DNA of 7,740 bases from a virus (Duplodnaviria; Heunggongvirae; Uroviricota; Caudoviricetes). The position numbers and the translations under genes are program-made. Shown in pieces: positions 1 to 6,534 of this stretch (positions are counted from its first letter, which is position 1; every line of letters starts with the position of its first letter). The stretch is taken from positions 1 to 7,740 of IMG/VR virus record IMGVR_UViG_2875722834_000001; one strand, given 5' to 3'. Under the pieces are notes generated by a model. The model made no database searches, was not told where the DNA came from, and was given only the letters and a program-made list of their open reading frames with translations.

Positions 1-170
1 ACCTGCACTCCAATTATTGACCAGTTCCTCACCGCGCCTCCCTCTCCGGCGGCGCGAATGAACATCTTATTGGCTATCACATCCGACACAAATGTTGCCA
101 TCCCATTGCTTAATCGAATAAAAATCAGGCTACATGGGTGCTAAATCTTTAACGATAACGCCATTGAGGC

Positions 171-200
171 TGGTCATGGCGCTCATAAATCTGGTATACT
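171..200 (+). promoter_or_regulatory. Candidate sigma70 promoter for ssrA: -35-like TGGTCA (171-176), 18-bp spacer, -10-like TATACT (195-200)
   Basis: Hexamers read directly from the sequence. TATACT ends 14 nt upstream of the mature tmRNA 5' end at 215, consistent with a short 5' leader removed by RNase P. The -35 match is weak. No ORF of 60 aa or more lies in 1-214, so this stretch looks intergenic. Confidence 0.4.
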
Positions 201-214
201 TACCTTTACACATT

Positions 215-577
215 GGGGCTGATTCTGGATTCGACGGGATTTGCGAAACCCAAGGTGCATGCCGAGGGGCGGTTGGCCTCGTAAAAAGCCGCAAAAAATA
301 GTCGCAAACGACGAAAACTACGCTTTAGCAGCTTAATAACCTGCTTAGAGCCCTCTCTCCCTAGCCTCCGCTCTTAGGACGGGGATCAAGAGAGGTCAAA
401 CCCAAAAGAGATCGCGTGGAAGCCCTGCCTGGGGTTGAAGCGTTAAAACTTAATCAGGCTAGTTTGTTAGTGGCGTGTCCGTCCGCAGCTGGCAAGCGAA
501 TGTAAAGACTGACTAAGCATGTAGTACCGAGGATGTAGGAATTTCGGACGCGGGTTCAACTCCCGCCAGCTCCACCA
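215..577 (+). ncRNA. ssrA: tmRNA (SsrA, transfer-messenger RNA), mature 363-nt form
   Basis: Starts GGGGCTGATTCTGGATTCGACGGG and ends GGTTCAACTCCCGCCAGCTCCACCA (tRNA-like acceptor/T-arm with CCA). The internal tag reading frame at 304-336, GCA AAC GAC GAA AAC TAC GCT TTA GCA GCT TAA, encodes ANDENYALAA-stop, the E. coli/Shigella-type tag. The whole gene matches my recollection of E. coli ssrA. Confidence 0.95.
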
Positions 578-585
578 AATAAATC

Positions 586-620
586 AAGGGGTTACGTAAA
601 AGCGTAGCCCCTTTTTCTTT
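586..620 (+). terminator. Intrinsic terminator downstream of ssrA
   Basis: Left arm AAGGGGTTACG (586-596) pairs with right arm CGTAGCCCCTT (603-613), with one G-U pair, around loop TAAAAG, followed by the T-tract TTTTTCTTT to 620. Seen directly in the sequence. Confidence 0.6.
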
Positions 621-635
621 GGTAGTGGCGGCAAA

Positions 636-674
636 ATGGCGACAGACTTTTGCGTCCATCTTGCCTGTCGCCAT
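636..674. repeat. Perfect 10-bp inverted repeat ATGGCGACAG (636-645) / CTGTCGCCAT (665-674) with a 19-bp spacer; the octamer CCATCTTG is also repeated directly (656-663 and 671-678)
   Basis: Read directly from the sequence. It lies between the ssrA terminator and the RBS (AAGAGG 689-694) of the 701-1183 gene. Possible operator, recombinase or IHF arm site, or RNA hairpin. Confidence 0.5.
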
Positions 675-700
675 CTTGAAATCATGCAAAGAGGTTTCAC

Positions 701-1183
701 ATGGAAGAACTTCACTTTGTTTACATCAATGCAAATGGTCGTATCGGAGTTCACTCAATACAGAGCATCAGTTATAGCGAAAATCATATACAGGGCATTT
801 GTAAGAACACCGATCGAATAAAAACCTTCCGAAAAGACCGCATTCTTAAACAGTACGATTCACCAGAACAAGCCATTCAGGAATGCGCGTCATTCCTCCC
901 CGAAAACTACTCACACCTCACTAAGCAGTCTGGTCCGAAAAAAAATACATTCGATGTGTGTTTCACCGGATTTAAGAAAGCAGATAAAGAAAGATTGGTT
1001 GATAAGGCGAATGAACAAGGATTAACGGTAAGAACCTCTGTAACCCAAAGCCTTCAGATGCTCTGTTGCGGTTACAATGCAGGCCCATCAAAAGTATCGG
1101 CAGCCAGGATGAAAGGCACAATCATCATAGATGAGCCTGGCTTTATACATTTTCTTGAAACGGGTGAGATCCCAGATGAATAA
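701..1183 (+). CDS. Hypothetical 160-aa cargo protein: N-terminal WYL-like domain fused to a C-terminal BRCT-like domain
   Basis: Strong RBS AAGAGG 6 nt upstream of the ATG at 701. The N-terminal half contains RIKTFRKDRI, resembling the R-x-F-R-x-D-R-I hallmark at the end of WYL domains. The C-terminal half (NTFDVCFTGF ... GLTVRTSVTQSLQMLCCGYNAGPSKVSAARMKGTIIIDEPGFIHFL) resembles the BRCT fold pattern of NAD-dependent DNA ligase (LigA) C-termini. The region is visibly AT-rich compared with the adjacent phage core. Domain calls are by eye and need HMM confirmation. Confidence 0.7.
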   Translation: MEELHFVYINANGRIGVHSIQSISYSENHIQGICKNTDRIKTFRKDRILKQYDSPEQAIQECASFLPENYSHLTKQSGPKKNTFDVCFTGFKKADKERLVDKANEQGLTVRTSVTQSLQMLCCGYNAGPSKVSAARMKGTIIIDEPGFIHFLETGEIPDE

Positions 1184-1211
1184 AAACCTGCCGTAGCAGG
1201 TTCTCTTTCTC
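1176..1211. terminator. Bidirectional intrinsic terminator between the convergent 701-1183 gene and ogr
   Basis: Perfect 7-bp stem AACCTGC (1185-1191) / GCAGGTT (1196-1202) around loop CGTA. On the minus strand the stem is followed by TTTTTATT; on the plus strand by CTCTTTCTC. Confidence 0.55.
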
Positions 1212-1428
1212 AAAAATTCATATGCCCCTGACCACCTGGCAATGGATGTGGAGGAGCAGTAGCAATCAGTGCGGGTGTCACAATAAACCGGACCACTGTT
1301 TCATGGGTAACAAAAGTGCTCCCGCAGTTAATATTTTGGCACTGGCAGTAACGCTCTTTGGTGCTTTCAGTTACTTGAAAACTGCTCCTTGTGTGTGCCG
1401 CATGACCACACTTTGGACAATTCATCAT
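1210..1428 (-). CDS. ogr: Ogr-type zinc-finger late-gene transcriptional activator (P2 Ogr / 186 B / P4 Delta family)
   Basis: The ORF 1210-1473 contains MMNCPKCGHAAHTRSSFQVTESTKERYCQCQNINCGSTFVTHE..., with the C-x2-C ... C-x4-C spacing and overall resemblance to P2 Ogr (about 72 aa). The upstream 16 codons of the six-frame ORF are probably not translated, so the start is set at the internal Met at 1428; the start is uncertain by one codon (1425 or 1428). Confidence 0.85.
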   Translation of the reverse strand: MMNCPKCGHAAHTRSSFQVTESTKERYCQCQNINCGSTFVTHETVVRFIVTPALIATAPPHPLPGGQGHMNF

Positions 1429-1496
1429 ATCCAGATCCCTACCTTTGCTATCAGAATCATTGTAATGATACACAAAATATCAACATTGAGAACACT

Positions 1497-2597
1497 TTAT
1501 TCCATTTCAAGATCATCAATCTTCACTTCGAGTTCAATACTGGTCGTAAAACCATTATCCGGGCTGACGGTATGAGTCAGAGTCGTAATGGTCCATTCCG
1601 CATCATCTATCGGTTGTTTAAAGCCACTAACTTTCACTGGCATTTCCGTGTAAAGATCTGCCCGCCCTTCCGCCAGTTGTAGCGAGAATGACGCAACGCC
1701 GCGTTGCAGGCGTTCCCACTGCATTTTCGCTGCCCGTTCAGCGTTGCTCCGGTTGGCATAAGTGCGATTAAGTACCAGCACGTTTTCATCCGTACCCACC
1801 AGGTAATCGCCCTGCTTCGCTTCCGGCTCTTTCTTCTGCTTCTTAGTTCTGCGCTTACGCTTCACCGTGGTACTTTCTTTCTTCGCAGGTTCGCGGGTAT
1901 GCAACCAGCTGGCAATTACGCCCGTGTAGGCTCCGCGATCTGCCAGGGTAAATCGGTGACTGTCGCCGTCCTTGCGTGTGATAGTGATCACTGGCAGAGG
2001 TTTACCAGTGGCGCTTTTGCCCTGCCCCTGCCGGATGAATAACAGATTGCCATTTTTCACCGACGCGATGGCACCGTACTGTCGCGCCAGCCGCATCAGA
2101 AAACTGCCGTCACTCTCATTAGTCTGGTCTATATGCTCCACGGGCTTATCCGACAGGTCTTTACCCAGTGCCATCTTCAGCTTGTGCCGCGCGGCTATTT
2201 CCTTCACCACTTCCCCGACGGTGGTCTTATGCCACGATTTTTCACGGCGGGTATTCAGCGTTTCCCGAAAATCAGCACTTCGCGCCCGAATAGTCAGGCG
2301 GTCCGGTGCGCCAGTGTGTTCAATCTCGTCCACTGTGAATGCCCCTTTCGGGAAAAGCGGCTGCCCCTTCCAGCCCAGCGCCAGCGTAATAACCGCACCA
2401 CGGCGCGGCAGCACGATTTTTCCGTCAGCGTCATCCAGCTCCAGATCAAGCTGGTCCGCTTCAAAGCCCCGGTTATCCGTCAGCGTCAAACTCATCAGGC
2501 GGTTATCCAGCACAGTGGTGATATCCCTGCCCTCAATACTGATGCTGAATGCGGGAGTTTTGTTGCCTTTGTTAAGCAGTTCAGAGCTGAAATTCAC
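1497..2597 (-). CDS. D: P2 gpD-like tail protein (late control D family), 366 aa
   Basis: Size and position match the P2/186 order T-U-D-ogr. Its start overlaps the stop of the upstream U gene by 4 bp (ATGA-type coupling). GC-rich codon usage typical of the phage core. The identity rests on synteny, not on a recalled gpD sequence. Confidence 0.85.
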   Translation of the reverse strand: MNFSSELLNKGNKTPAFSISIEGRDITTVLDNRLMSLTLTDNRGFEADQLDLELDDADGKIVLPRRGAVITLALGWKGQPLFPKGAFTVDEIEHTGAPDRLTIRARSADFRETLNTRREKSWHKTTVGEVVKEIAARHKLKMALGKDLSDKPVEHIDQTNESDGSFLMRLARQYGAIASVKNGNLLFIRQGQGKSATGKPLPVITITRKDGDSHRFTLADRGAYTGVIASWLHTREPAKKESTTVKRKRRTKKQKKEPEAKQGDYLVGTDENVLVLNRTYANRSNAERAAKMQWERLQRGVASFSLQLAEGRADLYTEMPVKVSGFKQPIDDAEWTITTLTHTVSPDNGFTTSIELEVKIDDLEME

Positions 2598-3079
2598 GAC
2601 AGCAGCCCTCCCACCGTTTTACTGATATCGCTTAAGGCAGACGTTGCCGTGTCCTGCAGATTATTCAGTTGCGCACTGAGATCACCGAACATATCGGACA
2701 GGGATTCATCCACTCGTTTGAGCGACAGGGTGAACTCAATCCGGCGCGGCATACCGTCGCGGAAAAACTCCGTTTTAGTCTGATTCAGTCCCTCAATCAC
2801 ATACATGCCGTAAATCGTGCCGCTGCCTTCAATCAGGGGCCATGCTTTCCCCTGTTCTGCCATCTGCTCCAGTGCCAGCAACGACAGCCTGCCGCCTGTT
2901 ATTTCCGGCATAAGAACACCGGAAAGCGTCAGCATGTCGTTTTCCGGTCCCAGAAACTGCGTGGACGGACGTCGGTTTACCCGACTGTTTGCCGCATGTC
3001 GCCAGCTGCGTTGATACTGCAGTTCCTGATACGGAACGGTGCGCAGCATAAACACGTACAATCCCAGCACCATCATCAT
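2594..3079 (-). CDS. U: P2 gpU-like tail protein, 161 aa
   Basis: About 160 aa, located between the tape-measure gene and D, with 4-bp overlaps at both ends. The start is one of three consecutive Met codons (MMM). Confidence 0.85.
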   Translation of the reverse strand: MMMVLGLYVFMLRTVPYQELQYQRSWRHAANSRVNRRPSTQFLGPENDMLTLSGVLMPEITGGRLSLLALEQMAEQGKAWPLIEGSGTIYGMYVIEGLNQTKTEFFRDGMPRRIEFTLSLKRVDESLSDMFGDLSAQLNNLQDTATSALSDISKTVGGLLS

Positions 3080-4476
3080 GCGTCGTATCCCCCCTGATCG
3101 CTGTAGTTACTCCTGGCTTTTGCCTTCAGCCTGCGTTCACGTTCATCAAGCTGGCGTGCCACCTCCCGCGCAATATCCTGCGCACTTTGTCCTGGCTGCG
3201 TCTGAATGATGATCTGCGTCGGTGCCTCAATCCGTTGAACGAGCGGCACAGTGGCTGCGCGACTCACAATTGCTTCTCCACCTTTCGCGGGAAGTGCCAA
3301 GGGGTGCAACGGTGGAAGCTCTGCTGGCGCGGCAGCAACGCCCATCATTCCGGCAACAACGGCAGCCAGTGCAGCTGTATTTCTCCGGCTGGTCACATTT
3401 GCCGGGCCGTTAACAATTTCCGGCCCGTTTTCACCGACGATGCCAAACTGCCCGCGCGGGATATACCCGCCGCTGTCATACATCCCCGCAAAGCCATATC
3501 CCCATGATGGAAAACCACCCGATGGCATCATCACTTTACCGTCTGCATTCACCGTCGCAGGTTGCTGACGCGTCACGCTTTCCGGCAGTTTTGCCTTTGC
3601 GGCCTCTTTACTGACAATGCCGAGCTTCTCCAGCAACCAGGAAACGCCGGATTTCAGGGAGTCCAGCGGATGCATGACCATATTCAGCCCTTCCGCCAGT
3701 GCCTCCCCGAATCGCCGCCCCATTGCCGCTGCGCTCTGCAGTTCGGCAGAGGTCGACTTAACGGGCGTCAGCAGATCAGTAAACCAGCCCCACAGCGCCT
3801 GCACTTTGTCGCCAATCCACTGGAACACGGGCTTAAGCGGTTCGAACGCTGCACTGATGGGACCTGCCGCCGCTTTGAATCCTTCCACCACGCCACCGAG
3901 AAATGCGGTGATGGGTTGCCAGTATTTCCAGACAACCAGCGCCACGCCCGCCAGTGCAGTAACCACAAGACCTATCGGACTGAGCAGAGCACCTAACAGA
4001 CCAGATATGGCATACAGGGCAACGCGCAGCATCGCCAGTGGACCAGATGCCAGTACTCGCAGCACCGTGCCTGCGGCGGCCAGTCCACCGCGCAGTACCG
4101 CCAGAGGATTCATAAACATCACAGCAACAGCACGTAAACCGGATACCGCACCTGCAGCAACACGCCCGATCTCTGCGGTTGCACTCATGACGTAATGTGG
4201 CAGTTTCTCTTTTGCCACCTCATTAATCGGTACACATGGCAGGCAGTGAATCTGAGCCAGAAAACCATCTACCAGCGTTGAATCTTCAGTCAGATCGGTA
4301 AGCAACCAGATTTCTGGTGCAGTTAATAAATGAGGTTGAGCTGGGTTCAGCTTGTTCCGCAGAATCTGCACATTCATGCCTGCACGTTCTGCCAGTTGCA
4401 CCAGGTTGTGGCGCAGTGCAAAAGCCCTACAGGCTTCATCGAAATGCGGATGTTTGGAAATCTTGTAATCAAACAT
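3076..4476 (-). CDS. In-frame chimeric ORF (466 aa): CII-like regulator N-terminus (about 100-120 aa) fused to the C-terminal part of a tail tape-measure protein (gpT-like); probable deletion remnant
   Basis: The N-terminus [45 protein letters not shown]...[25 protein letters not shown] matches what I recall of phage 186 CII. The rest is Ala/Gly/Val-rich with hydrophobic segments typical of tape-measure proteins and sits directly upstream of U and D. Good SD (AAGGGGGG) before the ATG at 4476. A full gpT in P2 is about 800 aa. Confidence 0.75.
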   Translation of the reverse strand: MFDYKISKHPHFDEACRAFALRHNLVQLAERAGMNVQILRNKLNPAQPHLLTAPEIWLLTDLTEDSTLVDGFLAQIHCLPCVPINEVAKEKLPHYVMSATAEIGRVAAGAVSGLRAVAVMFMNPLAVLRGGLAAAGTVLRVLASGPLAMLRVALYAISGLLGALLSPIGLVVTALAGVALVVWKYWQPITAFLGGVVEGFKAAAGPISAAFEPLKPVFQWIGDKVQALWGWFTDLLTPVKSTSAELQSAAAMGRRFGEALAEGLNMVMHPLDSLKSGVSWLLEKLGIVSKEAAKAKLPESVTRQQPATVNADGKVMMPSGGFPSWGYGFAGMYDSGGYIPRGQFGIVGENGPEIVNGPANVTSRRNTAALAAVVAGMMGVAAAPAELPPLHPLALPAKGGEAIVSRAATVPLVQRIEAPTQIIIQTQPGQSAQDIAREVARQLDERERRLKAKARSNYSDQGGYDA

Positions 4477-4509
4477 GGTGCCCCCCTTAGAAAGTTCCCA
4501 TAATTGAAC

Positions 4510-4752
4510 TTACTTACCAACAATGACTCGGAAGTTGGAATGACCGAGGGATTCACGGACCTGATCGGTTTTGTACATCAGATAACGCAGGCTTACGCGA
4601 CCTTTGTTTTTTTCTTTCTTGACCATGTACTTAGCAAGTTGACCATGGTGAATTTTTTGGTAAACAGAGCCGCGGGAAATACCCTCCCACTCTGCGAACT
4701 CTGCAGGCGTAGCCATCTCTTTTGGTACACGAATTGAAATATCAGTACTCAT
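4510..4752 (-). CDS. Small HTH DNA-binding protein in the Apl/Cox position (putative excisionase and switch regulator), 80 aa
   Basis: It is the first gene of the operon leading into the CII-like gene, divergent from the cI-int operon, as for 186 apl or P2 cox. The segment TPAEFAEWEGISRGSVYQKI looks like an excisionase-type helix-turn-helix. Assignment is mainly by synteny. Confidence 0.65.
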   Translation of the reverse strand: MSTDISIRVPKEMATPAEFAEWEGISRGSVYQKIHHGQLAKYMVKKEKNKGRVSLRYLMYKTDQVRESLGHSNFRVIVGK

Positions 4753-4873
4753 AGTGCAGTATCTCTTACTTTGTGTGCGTGTTAGTTCGTTTTAGCCCGT
4801 CTCTTAAACTCTCACATCAAGAGACATGAAGACATTACGATCTTGATTCAAGATTGTCAAATGGAGATTACCA
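4753..4873. promoter_or_regulatory. Lysis-lysogeny switch region between the apl-like gene and cI, with candidate promoters and operators
   Basis: On the minus strand there is a consensus -35 TTGACA (plus coordinates 4855-4860), a 17-bp spacer holding the perfect 15-bp palindrome ATCTTGATTCAAGAT (4840-4854), and a -10-like TAATGT (4832-4837). A 7-bp inverted repeat GTCTCTT (4799-4805) / AAGAGAC (4819-4825) and several TCTCTTA-like repeats (4761-4810) are also present. The cI RBS is GGAG at 4863-4866. The plus-strand cI promoter may lie within the start of the apl-like gene (TTGAAA at 4734-4739), as in the face-to-face promoters of 186 and P2. Confidence 0.55.
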
Positions 4874-5506
4874 ATGTTAAACATCAGAATGGGTTCCGAT
4901 ACGGGAGGTAAGGCAGCTATTGAAAGGCTGCTTGAGGCTTATGGATTCACAACTAAGCAGGCATTAAGCGAGCACCTGAATGTCTCAAAAAGCACTATGG
5001 CAAACAGAGTGTTACGTGACAGCTTTCCTGCTGACTGGATAATTCAGTGCGCACTAGAAACCGGTGTTTCGTTGCTTTGGTTAGCTACAGGACAGGGAAG
5101 CATGAAAGGAGGAGCTGAGCCTGAGAAAAGTTCTCATAATGAGAACAAACAAGCAATTAAACCGTTATCCAAACTCATAACTCCAGCTATTCCTAAAGGA
5201 ACCCTGGAGAATGGACAACTCAGTATTGATGAAGAGATTTTCCTAGACCACAGCATATTACCTGCAGATTATGAAGAATCGATGTTCTTAGAAACCCCTA
5301 CTGATTGTTATCTCATCGATAAATCAATTAAACAGGTCAGCAATGGATTCTGGCTTATCAATATTGATGGAATGATTATTGTTGCAAAAATCATGCGGAT
5401 TCCCGGCAATAAGATTGTAGTAAATCAAGATGAAGCGTCTTTCGAGTGCTCTACTGATGATGTGGAAGTTATTGGGCGTGCAGTCAAAGTAATAAAGAGT
5501 ATCTAA
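4874..5506 (+). CDS. cI: Phage 186 CI-like immunity repressor, 210 aa
   Basis: The motifs LEAYGF, CALETGVSLLWLATGQG, GFWLINIDG, RIPG, FEC and IGRAVKV align with what I recall of 186 CI (CEAYGF, CALETGANLQWLLTGEG, GLWLVDIEG, KLPG, FEC, LGRVVGV). It lies immediately upstream of int on the same strand, as in 186. Confidence 0.85.
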   Translation: MLNIRMGSDTGGKAAIERLLEAYGFTTKQALSEHLNVSKSTMANRVLRDSFPADWIIQCALETGVSLLWLATGQGSMKGGAEPEKSSHNENKQAIKPLSKLITPAIPKGTLENGQLSIDEEIFLDHSILPADYEESMFLETPTDCYLIDKSIKQVSNGFWLINIDGMIIVAKIMRIPGNKIVVNQDEASFECSTDDVEVIGRAVKVIKSI

Positions 5507-5508
5507 AC

Positions 5509-6525
5509 ATGACTGTCAGAAAACAGCCAAACGGTAAATGGTTGTGCGAGTGCTATCCCAATGGACGCAATGGCAAGCGCGTGCGTAAGCAATTTGCTAC
5601 GAAAGGCGAAGCCATTGCTTTTGAAAGCTTCACAATGGAAGAAGTGAACAAAAAACCATGGCTGGGGGAAAAGGAAGATCGGCGACACCTATCAGAATTA
5701 ATTGAGCAGTGGTATTCCCTGTATGGTCAAACACTCGCAGACCCCAAGCGCCTCATGGCGAAACTTAGAATTATCTGTAATGGTCTAGGCGATCCCATCG
5801 CCTCAGAACTAACAGCCGGTGACTTTACGAAATACCGCGAAGCACGGTTAAAAGGTGAAGTACGAAATGAAGATGGCACGCTTATGTCGCCCGTTAAGCC
5901 CCGCACGGTAAACCTTGAACAGCGCAATCTATCATCGGTGTTCGGTACATTAAAAAAACTAGGACACTGGTCAGCACCAAACCCGCTGGCAGGACTTCCG
6001 ACCTTCAAAATTACCGAAGGTGAGCTGGCTTTTCTTTCCGTGGACGAAATCAAGCGCCTGTTGGCTGCATGTGCTGAATCTCAAAGCCCGAGCCTACTAA
6101 TGATTGCAAAAATATGCTTAGCTACCGGCGCACGGTGGAGTGAAGCCGAAAACCTTCAGGGCCACCAAATATCGAAATACCGAATTACTTATACAAAGAC
6201 AAAGGGCAAGAAAAACAGAACAGTACCAATATCTCAAGATCTGTATCACGAACTCCCCAAAAACAGAGGGAAGTTATTCACGCCATGCAGAAAATCTTTT
6301 GAGCGTGCAGTAAAAAGAGCAGGTATTGACTTGCCAGAGGGCCAGTGCACGCATGTATTGCGCCATACATTCGCTAGTCACTTTATGATGAATGGCGGAA
6401 ATATTCTTGTATTGAGAGATATTTTAGGGCACTCAGATATAAAAATGACAATGGTCTATGCCCATTTCGCACCAGAACATCTTGAAGATGCTGTTACTAA
6501 AAACCCCTTATTTAACTTAAAGTGA
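5509..6525 (+). CDS. int: Tyrosine site-specific integrase, P2/186 family, 338 aa
   Basis: The C-terminal catalytic region HVLRHTFASHFMMNGGNILVLRDILGHSDIKMTMVYAHF carries the R-H-x-x-R ... Y signature of tyrosine recombinases; an upstream conserved Arg lies in LATGARWSEA. It starts 2 nt after the cI stop, suggesting translational coupling. Confidence 0.95.
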   Translation: MTVRKQPNGKWLCECYPNGRNGKRVRKQFATKGEAIAFESFTMEEVNKKPWLGEKEDRRHLSELIEQWYSLYGQTLADPKRLMAKLRIICNGLGDPIASELTAGDFTKYREARLKGEVRNEDGTLMSPVKPRTVNLEQRNLSSVFGTLKKLGHWSAPNPLAGLPTFKITEGELAFLSVDEIKRLLAACAESQSPSLLMIAKICLATGARWSEAENLQGHQISKYRITYTKTKGKKNRTVPISQDLYHELPKNRGKLFTPCRKSFERAVKRAGIDLPEGQCTHVLRHTFASHFMMNGGNILVLRDILGHSDIKMTMVYAHFAPEHLEDAVTKNPLFNLK

Positions 6526-6534
6526 TAAATAAAA

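Noticed and set aside
1-214. Possible 3' end of smpB or another coding gene upstream of ssrA
   Set aside because: No ORF of 60 aa or more in any frame, and translation of this stretch does not resemble the SmpB C-terminus. It is treated as intergenic leader and promoter.
540-577. Separate tRNA gene at the ssrA 3' end
   Set aside because: The tRNA-like acceptor and T-arm are part of tmRNA itself, not an independent tRNA.
636-821. 61-aa ORF starting inside the inverted repeat
   Set aside because: It overlaps the start of the 701-1183 gene in another frame, has no RBS, and its ATG is part of the inverted repeat. It is more likely a regulatory DNA or RNA element than coding sequence.
1222-1682. 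Plus-strand ORFs 1222-1575 and 1389-1682 overlapping ogr and the end of D
   Set aside because: They are antisense to the recognisable Ogr zinc-finger gene and to the D gene, and their products have no recognisable features.
3768-3968. Minus-strand 66-aa ORF nested in another frame inside the chimeric gene
   Set aside because: It lies wholly inside the longer, better-supported 3076-4476 reading frame, with no independent start signals.
1704-4195. Plus-strand ORFs of 63-217 aa overlapping the D, U and tape-measure region (1704-2042, 1972-2625, 2133-2783, 2669-3097, 2817-3014, 3187-3507, 3222-3413, 3251-3568, 3562-3996, 3617-4195)
   Set aside because: They are antisense to a coherent, translationally coupled minus-strand operon of recognisable phage genes. 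The region is GC-rich, which generates long spurious ORFs, and their products are low-complexity (Arg/Ser/Pro/Ala-rich) with no start signals.
4374-4752. ORFs 4374-4556 (minus) and 4504-4737 (plus)
   Set aside because: The first overlaps the start of the CII-chimera in another frame. The second is antisense to the apl-like gene, although it might carry a promoter leader.
5503-6053. Minus-strand ORFs 5503-5688 and 5727-6053
   Set aside because: They are antisense to the cI end and the integrase gene, which carries clear tyrosine-recombinase motifs.
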